DNA from: Curvularia clavata
Lineage: Eukaryota
Reading direction: 5' to 3'
Assembly: GCA_023920165.1 (NCBI GenBank)
Contig: CP089275.1
Span: forward strand, 3,906,001-3,970,000
Length of the DNA stretch: 64,000 nucleotides
Part shown: in pieces, positions 50,082 to 63,519 of the stretch
How positions within the stretch are numbered: position 1 is the stretch's first letter
How the letters are laid out: each line of letters opens with the position of its first letter
Made by a program: the position numbers and the translations under genes
The notes under the pieces: model-generated
The model's input: only the letters and a program-made list of their open reading frames with translations
What the model was told of the DNA's origin: nothing
Databases searched by the model: none

Positions 50082-51470
50082 GGTACAGACACCACAGCGG
50101 CAATCAGCTTGGGTGCAGTATTGTGGGGAAAGTAAGAAACAGTGGTTGGGAAGTGGGCTTCCCGCCTCCCAGTGTGTTTCTTCGTGTTAGCCTTTTCTTT
50201 CAACCCATCTATTTTTCTTGTGTCCAAGAAAAAAAAGAAGACGACTCTGGAGTGGAATCTTCTATAAAACTTCAACGTTTGGTGCGGAGAATAAAAAAGC
50301 CATATATCTGCCTTGTTCATTTTCCTTGTTCAACATACTGTCATGTCATTAGTGTAAGCGAGTGCCGGGTTTATAGGCCATTGTTAGAAAGCACATAAAA
50401 AGGGAATATATGATTTATGAAACGACAAGCAGCTGGGCAGCATGCATGGAAACAAGGCGTCCTTGTGCAGAAGCATGTTGTGTTTGTGGCGACACAAGGA
50501 TAGTTGTGACAGGACAGGTGATGGGACGAAAACGGATCAGGCAGGGCACGTGATAGCGGAGCCAATGTACAAGTACATGTGCGTGGCAGGCGGCTGTCCC
50601 GACGTCAGATGACGCAAGCGCCTGATGGGTGACTGGTACTCTTTGCTCGCTCGACCAAACTCTGACGGGCACGATGCTGTGTAGCCTGTGTCTGGACGTT
50701 GTCCAGTGTATGTAGCTGAGGATGGAAACGAGGCATAGGGTGCGTTTCAGGAGGCAAGGCCGCCGGCTGGGACAGGCCCGCGATGCCGCAATGCACGACA
50801 CGTCTACCGGGCAGGGAAGGGCATGGGCGCGACTGTGGGGAGGACGGTCTCGTTAGATGAGTCGAGTGGGGAACGAATGGCAGGGCACTGGGCGAGGAGA
50901 GGCGTCCCAGGATGGTGTTTGAAGATGCGGTCGTGTCGTGTGTAGGTACCGGTACGCAGAGTTGATTGCATTGGCCGCGAGGACGGGTCGACCCACGTTG
51001 GCGGACAAGTGAGGCTTATTCGCATGCAGCGTCGAGGAGGTGCATATTGTGAGACGGCTGTCTGGCAGCGGTGCAGGTGGTTGGCTTGGGCCCCTGGTGT
51101 GCGTCTGTGCGCCTAAGCGGCGTGCTGGCGGTGAGAGGCCGTTTAGCGCAACCAAGACAAAGTCGAATCAAGTGCTGGCAGGTGTTCGCATGTTTCCGAC
51201 CGCACCCATTGCCTTTCTCCTCTCCTCCTGGCCATGCCGCAAATCTGGTGACTTGCAGCGCCACCCACCGCTGACTCCAACAACCACGAGCAACAGAGAG
51301 ACGCCCAAGCCAGCGGCCGCACCGACATAGCGAGCTGAGCGTTGAGCAATCCGCCCCCCTCCCCCCCTCCCCTCCTTCAGGGCGCCGCTTCTGGACCCTG
51401 AGAGATTCCGCACCGCCATTTGGAGGGGACACTCCACGCACGCACGAACACAGGCCCGCGACCGCCCACC

Positions 51471-54400
51471 ATGGCTCACATCTACGACATCGGCACCCGC
51501 GCGTGGCAGCCCGACACCACCGAAGGCTGGGTCGCCTCCGAGGTGACGGACAAGCAGATTGTGGGGGACAAGGTGACGCTGGTCTTCACGCTGGAAAATG
51601 GCGAGGTACGCCCACACACATGCACATACACATAAACTCCCCTTCACCGGCTGCCTGCCTGCCTGCCCGCGCAAATTGAGCATGCTGACCATGTGCTTTG
51701 CAGACCAAGAAGGTCGAGACGACCCTCGATGCCATCCAGACGGGCAACGACCCCAATCTCCCGCCTCTGATGAACCCCGCCATGCTCGAGGCTAGCGACG
51801 ACCTGACAAACCTGTCCCATCTCAACGAGCCTGCTGGTACAGCCTCCCCTGCTCCCAGAAGCCCACGTCCGCTCCCCATACTGACCACCATGCAGTCCTC
51901 CAGGCCATCAAGCTCCGCTACCTGCAAAAGGAGATTTACACATATTCGGGTATCGTCCTGATTGCAACAAATCCATTTGCCCGCGTCGACTCTCTCTATG
52001 TCCCTGGCATGGTCCAGGTCTACGCCGGCAAGCAGCGATCCTATGGCGCCCCGCATCTGTTCGCCATTGCTGAAGAGGCTTTTGCGTAAGATTCCCCTTT
52101 CCCCACGTCCCAATTCCTATCCAGCAGTGCGCTAACATGCCACAGCGACATGTTGCGAGACCAGAAGAACCAAACCATTGTCGTGTCTGGAGAGTCTGGA
52201 GCCGGAAAGACCGTCAGCGCCAAATACATTATGCGATACTTCGCTACACGAGAGTCCCCAGACAACCCAGGAAAGCGGAGAGGCAAGTCTGATTCCATGA
52301 GTGAGACTGAAGAGCAGATTCTCGCGACCAATCCTATCATGGAAGCCTTTGGTAACGCCAAAACAACCCGAAACGACAACTCGTCGCGTTTCGGTAAATA
52401 CATTGAAATCATGTTCAACAAGCAGACGGACATTATCGGTGCTAAGATCAGGACATACTTGCTCGAGCGGTCAAGATTGGTGTTCCAGCCGCTCAAGGAG
52501 CGTAACTACCACGTCTTCTACCAGCTGGTAGCAGGTGCGACTGACGAGGAGCGCGAGGAGCTCTCGTTGAAGTCGGTTGAGGAGTTCAACTACCTCAACC
52601 AGGGTAGCGCCCCCGTCATTGAGGGCATGGACGACGTGGCTGAATTCAAGGCGACCAAGGACTCTCTTACAAAGATTGGCGTCTCGGCGGAGACCCAGTC
52701 CGGCATCTGGCGCCTGTGTGCTGCCCTGTTGCACATTGGAGACGTCAAGATCACCGCGACACGAACAGACTCAAATCTTTCGCCCGAAGAGCCTTCTCTG
52801 GTCAAGGCTTGCTCGCTGCTGGGCATCGACGCAAACACCTTTGCCAAGTGGATCGTAAAGAAGCAGCTCATCACAAGAGGAGAGAAAATTGTCTCCAACC
52901 TGACACAGCAGCAAGCTATCGTGGTGCGAGACTCCGTGGCCAAGTTCATCTACTCAAGTCTGTTCGACTGGCTGGTTGAGCGAACCAACGAGAGTCTTGC
53001 CACAGAAGAGGTCGTTTCGTCTGCCCATACTTTTATTGGTGTTTTGGATATCTACGGTTTCGAGCACTTTGCAAAGAACTCTTTTGAGCAGTTCTGTATC
53101 AACTATGCCAACGAGAAATTGCAACAAGAATTCAATGCACACGTCTTCAAGCTCGAGCAGGAAGAGTACATGCGCGAAAAGATCGACTGGACTTTTATCG
53201 ACTTCGCTGACAACCAGCCATGTATCGACTTGATCGAGGGCAAGCTTGGTATCCTGTCTCTTCTAGACGAAGAGTCCAGGTTACCCATGGGTTCTGACGA
53301 GCAGTTTGTCACCAAGCTCCACCACAACTACTCAGGAGACAAGCACAAGTTCTACAAGAAGCCTCGATTCGGAAAGTCGGCATTTACCGTCTGCCACTAC
53401 GCCGTCGACGTCACCTACGAGTCCGATGGCTTCATTGAGAAGAACAGAGATACTGTGCCTGACGAGCACATGGAAGTGCTCAAGGCCTCCAGCAACAAGT
53501 TCTTGATTGAAGTCTTGGACACCGCTGCCTCGATTCGAGAAAAAGAGACGGCCAACACTGCCTCTGCCAAACCAGGCGCTGCCGTCTCAGCTGGACGTAG
53601 GGTCGCTACCAACCGCAAGCCAACGCTTGGTGGTATCTTCAAATCCTCGCTCATCGAGCTCATGCAAACAATCAACTCGACCGATGTTCACTACATTCGC
53701 TGTATCAAGCCCAATGAGGCCAAGGCTGCTTGGCAGTTTGATGGACCTATGGTTCTCAGTCAATTGCGTGCTTGCGGTGTTCTCGAAACCGTCAGAATCA
53801 GTTGCGCCGGTTACCCTACCCGATGGACGTACGAAGAATTCGCTCTTCGGTACTACATGCTGGTCAGGTCGTCTGAATGGACACCTGAGATCCGTAACAT
53901 GGCCACGGCTATTTTGAAGAAAGCTCTAGGCACGGGCAAGAACGATGGTACCGATAAGTACCAGATGGGTCTTACCAAGATCTTTTTCCGCGCTGGTATG
54001 CTTGCCTTCCTCGAGAACCTGCGTACCGCCAGGCTCAACGACGCGGCTATTATGATCCAAAAGAACCTCCGTGCCAAGTACTATCGCCGCGTTTATCTCG
54101 AAATGCGCGAGGCTATCATTTCGGTACAGTCGTTGGCTAGGGGCTACATGACCAGGGAACGGGCCGAAGAGGCACGCCAGGTCAAGGCTGCGACAACCAT
54201 TCAAAGAGTCTGGAGGGGCAGCAAGGACCGCAAGCGCTTCCTCATTGTCAGGAACTCGGTTATCAAGTTCGAAGCTGCCGCCAAAGGATACCTTCTCCGT
54301 AAGAACATCTTGGACAAGAGGCTTGGAGATGCTGCTCGTATGATCCAGCGAAACTGGCGCAAGCAACGCTACATCCGTGCCTACAAGAAGAAGATCAAGC

Positions 54401-56544
54401 AGATCATCATTGTCCAGAAGCTTTTCCGAGGAAGAAAGGCCCGCAGAGAGTACAAGGTTCTGCGTGCCGAGTCTCGCGATCTCAAGAACATTTCTTACAA
54501 GCTGGAGAACAAGGTCGTCGAGCTTACCCAGAACCTGGGTACTATGAGGGAGCAGAACAAGTCGCTCAAGTCGCAGGTCGAGAACTACGAGAGCCAGATC
54601 AAGTCGTACAAGGAGCGCAGCCGAACACTCGAGAACCGCCAGAAGGAACTTCAGGCCGAAGCCAACCAAGCCGGTATCACCGCCGCCAAGCTGAGCCAGA
54701 TGGAGGACGAGTACAAGAAGCTCCAAATCAGCTACGAGGAAAGCACTGCCAAGATGCGACACCTGCAAGAAGAGGAGAAGGAGCTCCGTGCTTCGCTCAA
54801 GAGGACCACCGAGGACCTCGAGCAGTCAAAGAGGAGGAGCAACGTCACCGAGACAGAGAAGATGTCGCTTCGCCAGCAACTTGCCGAGCTCCAGGAGCAG
54901 GTCGAGTTGATGAAGCGCTCTGGCCCAATCAACGGCGAACTCAACGGCCACACTACCAGCATCGCACCCAGCAGCTTGATCAAGCTTGTCTCATCGAAGA
55001 AGCCCAAGAGGCGCAGCGCTGGGCCCGATACTCGCGACATCAACCGCTTCAGCGAGCAGTACAACCCTCGCCCCGTCTCCATGGCCCCTGGCTCCACCAT
55101 CCACAGGCAGAACCTCTCCGGCTCAACCTTTGCCCAGCTTGACAATGTTGAGATGGAGCTTGAGAACATTCTTGCCGAGGAGGACATGCTCAACGACGAG
55201 GTCACTCTTGGACTCATCAAGAACTTGAAGATTCCCTCCCCTACCACCACACCTCCCCCTACCGACAAGGAAGTCCTCTTCCCTGCTTACCTCATCAACC
55301 TCGTCACCTCGGAGATGTGGAACAATGGCTTCGTCAAGGAGTCTGAGCGCTTCCTTGCAAACGTCATGCAGTCGATCCAGCAAGAGGTCATGCAACACGA
55401 TGCTGAGGACGCCATCAACCCAGGTGCCTTCTGGCTCTCCAACGTCCACGAGATGTTGTCATTCGTCTTCCTCGCCGAGGACTGGTACGAGCAACAAAAG
55501 ACTGACAACTACGAGTACGACCGACTACTGGAGATTGTCAAGCACGATCTTGAGAGTCTGGAGTTCAACATTTACCACACCTGGATGAAGGTGCTCAAGA
55601 AGAAGCTGCACAAGATGATCATTCCAGCCATCATCGAGTCGCAGTCACTGCCTGGCTTCGTTACCAACGAGAGCAACCGTTTCCTCGGCAAGCTGCTCCA
55701 GGGCAGCAACACTCCTGCTTACAGCATGGACAACCTCCTCACCCTGCTCAACAGTGTCTACAAGGCCATGAAGGCATACTACCTCGAGGACTCCATCATC
55801 ACGCAGTGCGTCACCGAGCTGCTGAGGTTGGTTGGTGTCACCGCCTTCAACGATCTGCTTATGCGCCGCAACTTCCTCTCCTGGAAGCGTGGTCTCCAGA
55901 TCAACTACAACATCACGCGTATCGAAGAGTGGTGCAAGTCTCATGACATGCCCGAAGGTACTCTGCAGCTTGAGCACTTGATGCAAGCCACCAAGCTGCT
56001 TCAACTGAAGAAGGCGACTCTGAATGACATTGAGATTATCCAAGATATTTGCTGGATGCTGAGTCCCAACCAGATTCAGAAGCTGCTGAACCAGTACCTC
56101 GTCGCCGACTACGAGCAGCCCATCAACGGCGAAATCATGAAGGCCGTCGCATCACGTGTGACGGAGAAGAGCGATGTCCTGCTGCTCACCGCAGTCGACA
56201 TGGAGGACAGCGGCCCGTACGAGATTGCGGAGCCCCGAGTCATTACCGCCTTGGAAACATACACGCCATCATGTCAGTCAATTTTCTCATTCTCATTCTT
56301 GCTCCTCATCCCCTACTCGCCAATCATAACTAACATGTTCGCAGGGCTGCAAACACCGCGTCTCAAGCGCCTTGCTGAGATAGTCTCGCAGCAAGCCATT
56401 GCGCAGCAAGAGAAGCTCGAGTTTGACGATGACATGCCAGCAGGCCAATCTAACGATGATGCCATGCATGCCCTGACTGGTGGTATGGGCATGAATGGCG
56501 GTATGAACGGACACGCAACGATTGAGGAAGGTATTGAGGCATGA
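51471..56544 (+). CDS. MYO2: Class V myosin
   Basis: GESGAGKT P-loop, NDNSSRFGK, DIYGFE, IQ repeats, coiled coil and DIL tail (WKRGLQINYN); introns near 51607-51703, 51837-51895, 52086-52145 and 56273-56344. Confidence 0.97.
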
Positions 56545-57847
56545 ACTTGAAGCATATTTATGTAAGCGAAGATTTGGCATTTAGACATGACCGACACGAA
56601 GCGTTAAAGAGAGGCCTATCGTTTTCCCCCAAATGTTTATAGTTGCAGCTGTCTGTCTATCTGTCTGTCTAGGCTGGGTCCTGTATGGAAGGAAAGGCAA
56701 AAAGTGGCGGTACAATTGCGGGGGATTGGCATGGATGATGATGACAATGATGGAGCCTGCCGATTTCCTTTAACGTTATTATTTATTTATTGTGGTTTGG
56801 GTTATTTAATGCTTGGGGAATACGATTGTTTGTCTTCTTCTGCACTGGTGGTTTTATGTCTTGTGCGACTGAGTCAACTGTGCAGTAATTATCACATGCG
56901 GCGGTTAGACAAGATGGATACGCGGCAGACTGGCGGTGCACGATGTGGGGACAGGAAGCTACGTATGCTGCGGGTTTGGCCCAGATATTGTTTCACACGC
57001 AATGATGAGAGAGGTGTAGCTTGCGTGAGATGTTCTAATACCGCTAAAGGTTAGGAAGACGCACGAATTGCAACTGCATGTCTATCTGGGAAAGCTCATG
57101 AGTGACAACATACGTATGCGAGTGACACGCGTGCACAACGAGAGCGCCAAGAGGCGGCCCGCGTTCAGTCCAAAGGGCGCTAGGTATTATCCCCTTCTCC
57201 GTTCGGGGGGGGCCTTCCAACGGTCCCCGCCTCATCTCAGCAAGCGAACACATGGCCAAAGATAGCTGCTGACGTTGACCCTTTCCTTCCCCTTTTGCTG
57301 CCTTATTGTTTTACTCTTCCTTTCCCCCAAACGAACAACCTCAATGACCTAGGAGAAGTAAAACCCACAGTAGAAGAGATAGGGAGAAAGAAAAAAGGAA
57401 GCAGATACGGAATATACATACCAACTTGCATTCACTCCTTTGGTGTGCTCTTTGATATTTTTCTCTCTTCTTTCGTTCTTTCTTTCCTCTCCCGTTCCTC
57501 CACTACTTTCCTTGGTCGCGAACCCCACGTTTACTCCCCCCCTGCATAGAACCAAGCCGAGCGGGTAATAGGATACATATACATACGCGGACACATACGG
57601 AACCGCCCAATGCGCTTTTGCACGTTTCCATAAGGACTGGCAGAGGGAGAGGGAAACTCGGCACCGCACGCAACGCCGCATGCGACAGAGTTCCCACTCT
57701 CACCCACCCCCAACCCTTACCACGCCCTCCTTTTTCAGGTCTCCGCCTTTCCGCCCGTAGGAAGAGCATCGGGACGGAAGGAAGGGGCTGCAGACAGGCG
57801 AAGAGAGGACAAGGCATCGAGAGAGAGAAGATAAGGAAGAGGGCAAC

Positions 57848-59738
57848 ATGCCGTCTGTTGCGCAATGGCAGGGTACGCCCTCGGTCAAGGGCCCGACAGA
57901 GAGCATACGCATGGCGCTGCTCACGGCGTCACTCATTGGACTTCAGTACGTTCCTATATCTTTTCATACCGGTCGAAAAAGGAAAAAAAAGCCTTCTAAG
58001 GCGTATCCTCGGATCAGAACTCAAACTAATGCCGCAAACTTCAAAGGTTTACCTGGAATGTCGAAATGACCTACTGCACGCCGTACCTCCTCGAACTAGG
58101 CCTCACAAAGTCTAAAATCTCGCTCGTATGGGTTGCTGGGCCCTTGTCTGGATTAATCATGCAACCAATTGTCGGCGTCGTGGCCGACCGCTGCACGTCG
58201 CGCTGGGGACGGCGCCGCCCATTCATGTTCTTCGGCACGATACTCGTAGCCCTGTTCCTGCTGCTGCTGGGCTGGACAAAAGAAGTGGTGCGATACTTTG
58301 TGGCAGACGAGGTGGCAGCGAAAAATGCAAACGTGTACGTGGCCGTGTTTAGCATATACGGTATCGACTTTGCGATCAATGCTGTGCAAGGTAGTTGTCG
58401 CGGCCTCATTGTCGATACTCTGCCGATGGAGAAACAGCAGATGGGAAGCAGCTGGGCAAGCAGAATGGTTGCTGTGGGCAGTTTGATAGGATATGCGGCG
58501 GGCGCGGTGGATCTGAGGGCTATCTTTGGCCCTATGCTGGGGGACACGCAGTTCAAGCAGCTGACAGGGGTTGCGGCTTTGACGCTGTGTCTGGCCATTG
58601 CTACCACTAGCTGGGCGGTTACCGAGAGAGTGTTGATAAGTGATGGTTCGGCAAAGGGACTGGATATCAAGCAGGTGGTGGGGACTATTGCGCACACTGC
58701 ACTCAATCTACCGAGGAGTATACAAGCCATCTGCACTGTACAGTTTTGGGCATGGATTGGTACGTTGATGTTTTGTTAAATCACCTGCAAAGCTAAGATG
58801 CAAACTAACAACTTGTCAGGCTGGTTTCCTTTTCTTTTCTATAGCACAACGTGGGTCGGCGAAGTCTATCTACGGTACGATGCGCCCGCCGAGGTGCGAG
58901 CAGCCGGCGACCTGACAGGTAAAGTCGGAAGAATGGGCTCAACGGCGCTTGTTTCCTTCTCGATTGTGACATTTGTCATGTCTGTCCTGCTACCTTTTTT
59001 CGTCGAGAACCCAGAAGCAGAGGGTGGCGAAAAAGGCCCCAGCTTCTCGCATGCGGCCAAACCAAAGTTTGGGGCGAGTGCGTGGGAGAAGTATAGGCCG
59101 AGTCTGCTAACTGCTTGGATGACGGCGCATTGCATTTTTGCGTGCAGCATGAGTATGGCGCCTTTTGTGACTTCGATGAGACACGCGACTATCATCATTG
59201 CTTTCTGTGGCGTGTAAGCAAGCCCAACTTCCCTTCCTCGTCTCGCCCTTGGAGGCCTTTATCTGTGAAGAAGGATAAGCTGACGTAGCAAAAACAAAGG
59301 TCATGGGCCGTGGCTTCATGGGCTCCATGGGCCTTAATCGGCGTCGAAATCAACCGCCTGAACATGGCCAACTCGCACTCGACGCATCCCAAGCGCACCT
59401 CGATTGACCTCTCGGAAGCTCAAGACAAGATGGAAAAAGCAAGCACTGCAGGTGGAGGAGCGTCTGGCAGCAGAGGAGGCGCAAGCTCCGGACAGTATCT
59501 AGGCATTATGAACCTGTACACGACGCTACCGCAGTTCATGGGCACGGCGATTTCGTGGGTCGTGTTTTCTATCCTGGAGCCGGGTAAGAGTCCTGAGTTG
59601 AGTGAGGCGCCGCCGGAAGAACATCATAGCACGGACGGGCCGAATGCTATTGCCGTCTGTTTGTTTATTGGGGCGTGCTCGGCGTGTCTGGCTGTAGTGG
59701 CTACGATGAGGTTGGGCAGGATACAGGGGAAGATGTAG
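57848..59738 (+). CDS. SUT1/SLC45-like (GPH family) sucrose/alpha-glucoside transporter, 4 exons
   Basis: GLQ|FTWNVEMTYCTPYLLELG, WVAGPLSGLIMQPIVG..D..SRWGRRRPF, WIG|WFPFLFYSTTWVGE, YLGIMNLYTTLPQF. Confidence 0.88.
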
Positions 59739-60844
59739 GGGCGTGCTGTGGTGTGGCTAGGGGAGAGATGGTACTACATCTTCAAGAGAATCCTTGCATT
59801 TGAATAGATAGACGGCTCAGACAAGACAGGTTTTTCCCTTTTGCCTCGCCTTCCCATCCCTGTATTGACGCAGTTGTATCCGAGCTATGTCCGCTTGAGA
59901 CGAGGATGCATATCCTGTATATACGGAGACATTGCCATAGGCAGCACTGGTTGGACCGACGAGTAATGCAAGCAAGACAGACGTGTGCTGACGCGCTAGC
60001 GGACACTGGGGGCCAAGGAGAGATTTTGCTCTAAGATTTTCTAGTGGCCCGCTTTGTTCTAGAAGGCAGGTGTGGCTCCCGGTAGGACGCTTCCGGGCAT
60101 CGGGTGTGGTACTGTGTGCTGTTTATGTATCTAGTAGCGAGGTGTATCGACGACGGTGGTGACATGGTCATGATGTTTGATGACGAGCACTGCAACGTGG
60201 ATGAATCACGGTCCCGCAGCTAGATAAGCTGTGTATGTGGTTGAGGGCGGGGAGGTCCTTTTTTTGTCGTCTGCATCGGAGTGGGTGTCGGGGTGTGGGT
60301 AGGGTAGTAGTATGTAGGTAGCGGCAGCGGATTTTTTTGCCTGCCCGTCTCCAGGCTGGAGGGAAAGCTGGTCCCCCTCGGCGGCCAAGGTCGGCCATGG
60401 ATGCATGGATGCAATGCGATGGCATCAGAATGGACGCATGGCGGTAGAGGCTATGCAGAGCCATATGCCGCTGCTGGGAGAGGAGTCGGTTGTCGCGCGG
60501 TGCCACGCCACGCCGGGCCTGTGAAAAGACGGTCAGGGTACAAAACCTTGGGGACGCCCGGCCTTCTCGCGCGCCACAAGCTCTCTTCTCTTCCAATTCT
60601 CCCAGCGAAAAAAAAAAGACACCAGACACCAACAGGCTGCTTGTTGTCGTGCTCGTTTGCCCGCCGCCCCTCGCCGCCCGCCCCGGCTCCGCCTTGCTCG
60701 CTCAGAGAGTCTTTTCACACTAGGCGCGACTAGGCTCCGTTCCCTAGAAAACAACCTTGCCTCGACTCAACCCGCCGAACATTTCCTCTCCTCCCCAACC
60801 ACTTCGCTTCGCCACTCACGCATCCACAACACTCATTCGCCAAG

Positions 60845-62439
60845 ATGTCTGAGCCCATCCCCAATAAGAAGATGGACGCCATCTCCGCTCCGTAAGTAGT
60901 CCCTTGACTCGGTGTTTTTTTTTTTCTGTCCTCTGCTCCACGACAAAACCTCTCCCCTCCCCTCCTCCCACCATCTTCTGCCCGCCAAACACCAACAAAC
61001 CCGCCCCTCACTACCCACCCCCATACACCCACCATGGACGTCCCCAAGTCTAACGCCCACCCTACCAGCACCCCTCAGAATACTCCGGCCAACGCTGCGC
61101 CCATATCGTCGCGCGCCCAGCAGCCCGGTGTCGGCACCATCAAGGAAGGTAAGTCGCAAACTGCAAAAATCCTCGTGGGTGTTGTTGCTGCCCCTCCAAC
61201 CCCGCCCCCATTGCCTGCCTTGACCGCCAATCTGACTTTTTTTGTTTTGTTTTGCAGAGGACATGGAGCGCACTGCCGCTGGACTCTTCGCTGCCAACCC
61301 CGCTCTGGTTGCCATGATGCAGAACAAGCTCGGCTCGCTCGTCGGCCGCTCGAGCGGCTACATTGAGTCGCTGCCTGCCTCGGTCCGCCGCCGCGTGGCC
61401 GGTCTCAAGGGCGTTCAGAAGGAGCACTCCAAGCTCGAGGCCGAGTTCCAGGAAGAGGTCCTCCAGCTCGAGAAGAAGTACTTTGCCAAGTTCACACCGC
61501 TGTACGAGACGCGCCAGAAGATTGTCAACGGCGTCGAGGAGCCCTCAGAAGAGCAGGTCAAGGTTGGCGAGCAGCAGCAGGAGGAAGACGAGGACGAGGA
61601 CCAGCCCGAGGCTGAGCTCAACAAGGATGAGGGCAAGGACGTCAAGGGTATCCCCGAGTTCTGGCTCAGCGCCATGAAGAACCAGATTTCGCTTGCCGAG
61701 ATGATCACAGACCGCGACGAGGCTGCCCTCAAGCATCTCACTGACATCCGCATGGAGTATCTCGACCGCCCCGGCTTCCGCCTCATCTTCGAGTTTGAGG
61801 ACAACGAGTTCTTTACAAACAAGACCATCACCAAGACCTACTACTACCAAGAAGAGAACGGCTACGGTGGTGACTTCATCTACGATCACGCCGAGGGTGA
61901 CAAGATTGAGTGGAAGGCCGGCAAGGACCTGACTGTCCGCATTGAGAGCAAGAAGCAGAGAAACAAGAGTGAGTTCTTGTCTGGTCGTTGTCGCACGACC
62001 AAAGGCGCTAACATGATTCTAGACACCAAGCAGACACGCGTCGTTAAGAAGACAGTCCCCACAGAGTCGTTCTTCAACTTCTTCGACCCACCCAAGCCCC
62101 CGCAGGACGACGATGACGCCACCTCGGACATCGAGGAGCGTCTCGAGCTCGACTACCAGCTCGGCGAGGACATCAAGGAGAAGCTCATTCCCCGCGCCAT
62201 CGACTGGTTCACTGGCGAGGCTCTTCAGTACGAGAACATCGAGGACTTCGACGAGGGTGAATTTGAGGACGAGGATGATGAGGATGAGGACGAGCTCAGT
62301 GATGACCGTGAGGAGGAAGAGGAGTCAGATGACGAGGTAAGCACTGGTGGACATTCAATTGCACTGCAGGCTGCTAACACTACTCTAGAATGATGGCACA
62401 AAACCTAAGCAGGAAGCGGCCGAGTGCAAGCAGAGTTAA
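60845..62439 (+). CDS. NAP1: Nucleosome assembly protein 1, 5 exons
   Basis: MSEPIPNKKMDAISAP|TPQNTP.., KGIPEFWLSAMKN, ESFFNFFDPP, LIPRAIDWFTG, acidic tail, C-terminal CKQS*. Confidence 0.96.
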
Positions 62440-63417
62440 ATTCCCTCACTAAGCATCACATCTCACTTCAACAAGATGATGATCCCTCGAGTCGTTCTGG
62501 GGGCTGGTGTTCATCTTGGGCTGCTGTAGCATGGGTCCATGCCCGTGTCAGCTTGCCACGACCTTTGCACGAATCTCTATATCCGACACCTCTTTCCATG
62601 ACTTCTTAGCTGGCGTAATACTTGCATCAAGAGAGCGCAGGGGCAATGGTTGATTGGGCATGTCACACACACTAGCCATGTCACCAAGTATTCTAGACCT
62701 CCCAACCTTTTTTAACGCATCCCCTTTAACAGGTTCACGGCCCACAACCAACGATCGCTTAGCATAAACGGCGTTGTCTAGGTGGGGTTTTGCTGCATGT
62801 ATCTTTTTCTTGGGGGTTGTTAAGGGGGTTTTGATGTTCCACAATGGCAGTAGAATTGGCGTAATTAGGCTCGAACGTGTGTCATGAGGTAAATGAAAAA
62901 GAACTGTTTCAAGGCCCTGTATAGGAGACGGTGTGCTATTGTCATTGTGAATGTGAGTTTGGTGATGTTACTAGGGGACGGTCGGCGTGGGGGGTTCGTT
63001 GGGTTTATCGGAGTTATCTAGACAGGAACACCTGCATGTGTCTTTTTTGTTGGATTACTAGCTGCAGCTCCCCTGATAGAGGCTTGCTGCTTGCATCGTG
63101 CGCTCCGTTCGTTGGGAACCAGGACCTGTACGTCCCGATGTGAATACGATACACATGGAGGTTAGCGCGGGGTAAGAATTGCTTAGTGGCCGAGGGGCGG
63201 GGCTGCGCAGCAACCGGGTGAAGTTCGGGCATGGGTTTTGGAAAAATAATTTTGGTACGACTACTACTTGAACGCGACCACACGCGCCATTGGTGCAACT
63301 TGGAACACTGGTAATTGTCCTTGATTTTGTTTACGTGGAACGCAATTGGCGAGAAATACGAGAGCGAAACAACGTCTTCTTACGACTTCTTACGCTGTAC
63401 AGAGATATACTCGGTAT

Positions 63418-63453
63418 ACGACGACGACGACGACGACGACTACTACTACTACT
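63418..63453. repeat. Compound microsatellite (ACG)7(ACT)5 just upstream of FAP7
   Basis: Read directly from the sequence. Confidence 0.88.
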
Positions 63454-63519
63454 ACCGCCGCGCAATACGATACTCTGTCCCACGATAAGTCAAAGACAAA
63501 GAGAGGTAGAGAAACAAAA

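Noticed and set aside
49094..56043. Long antisense ORFs opposite SER3 and MYO2 (260 aa, 280 aa and others)
   Set aside because: Expected shadows of strong codon bias in highly expressed genes
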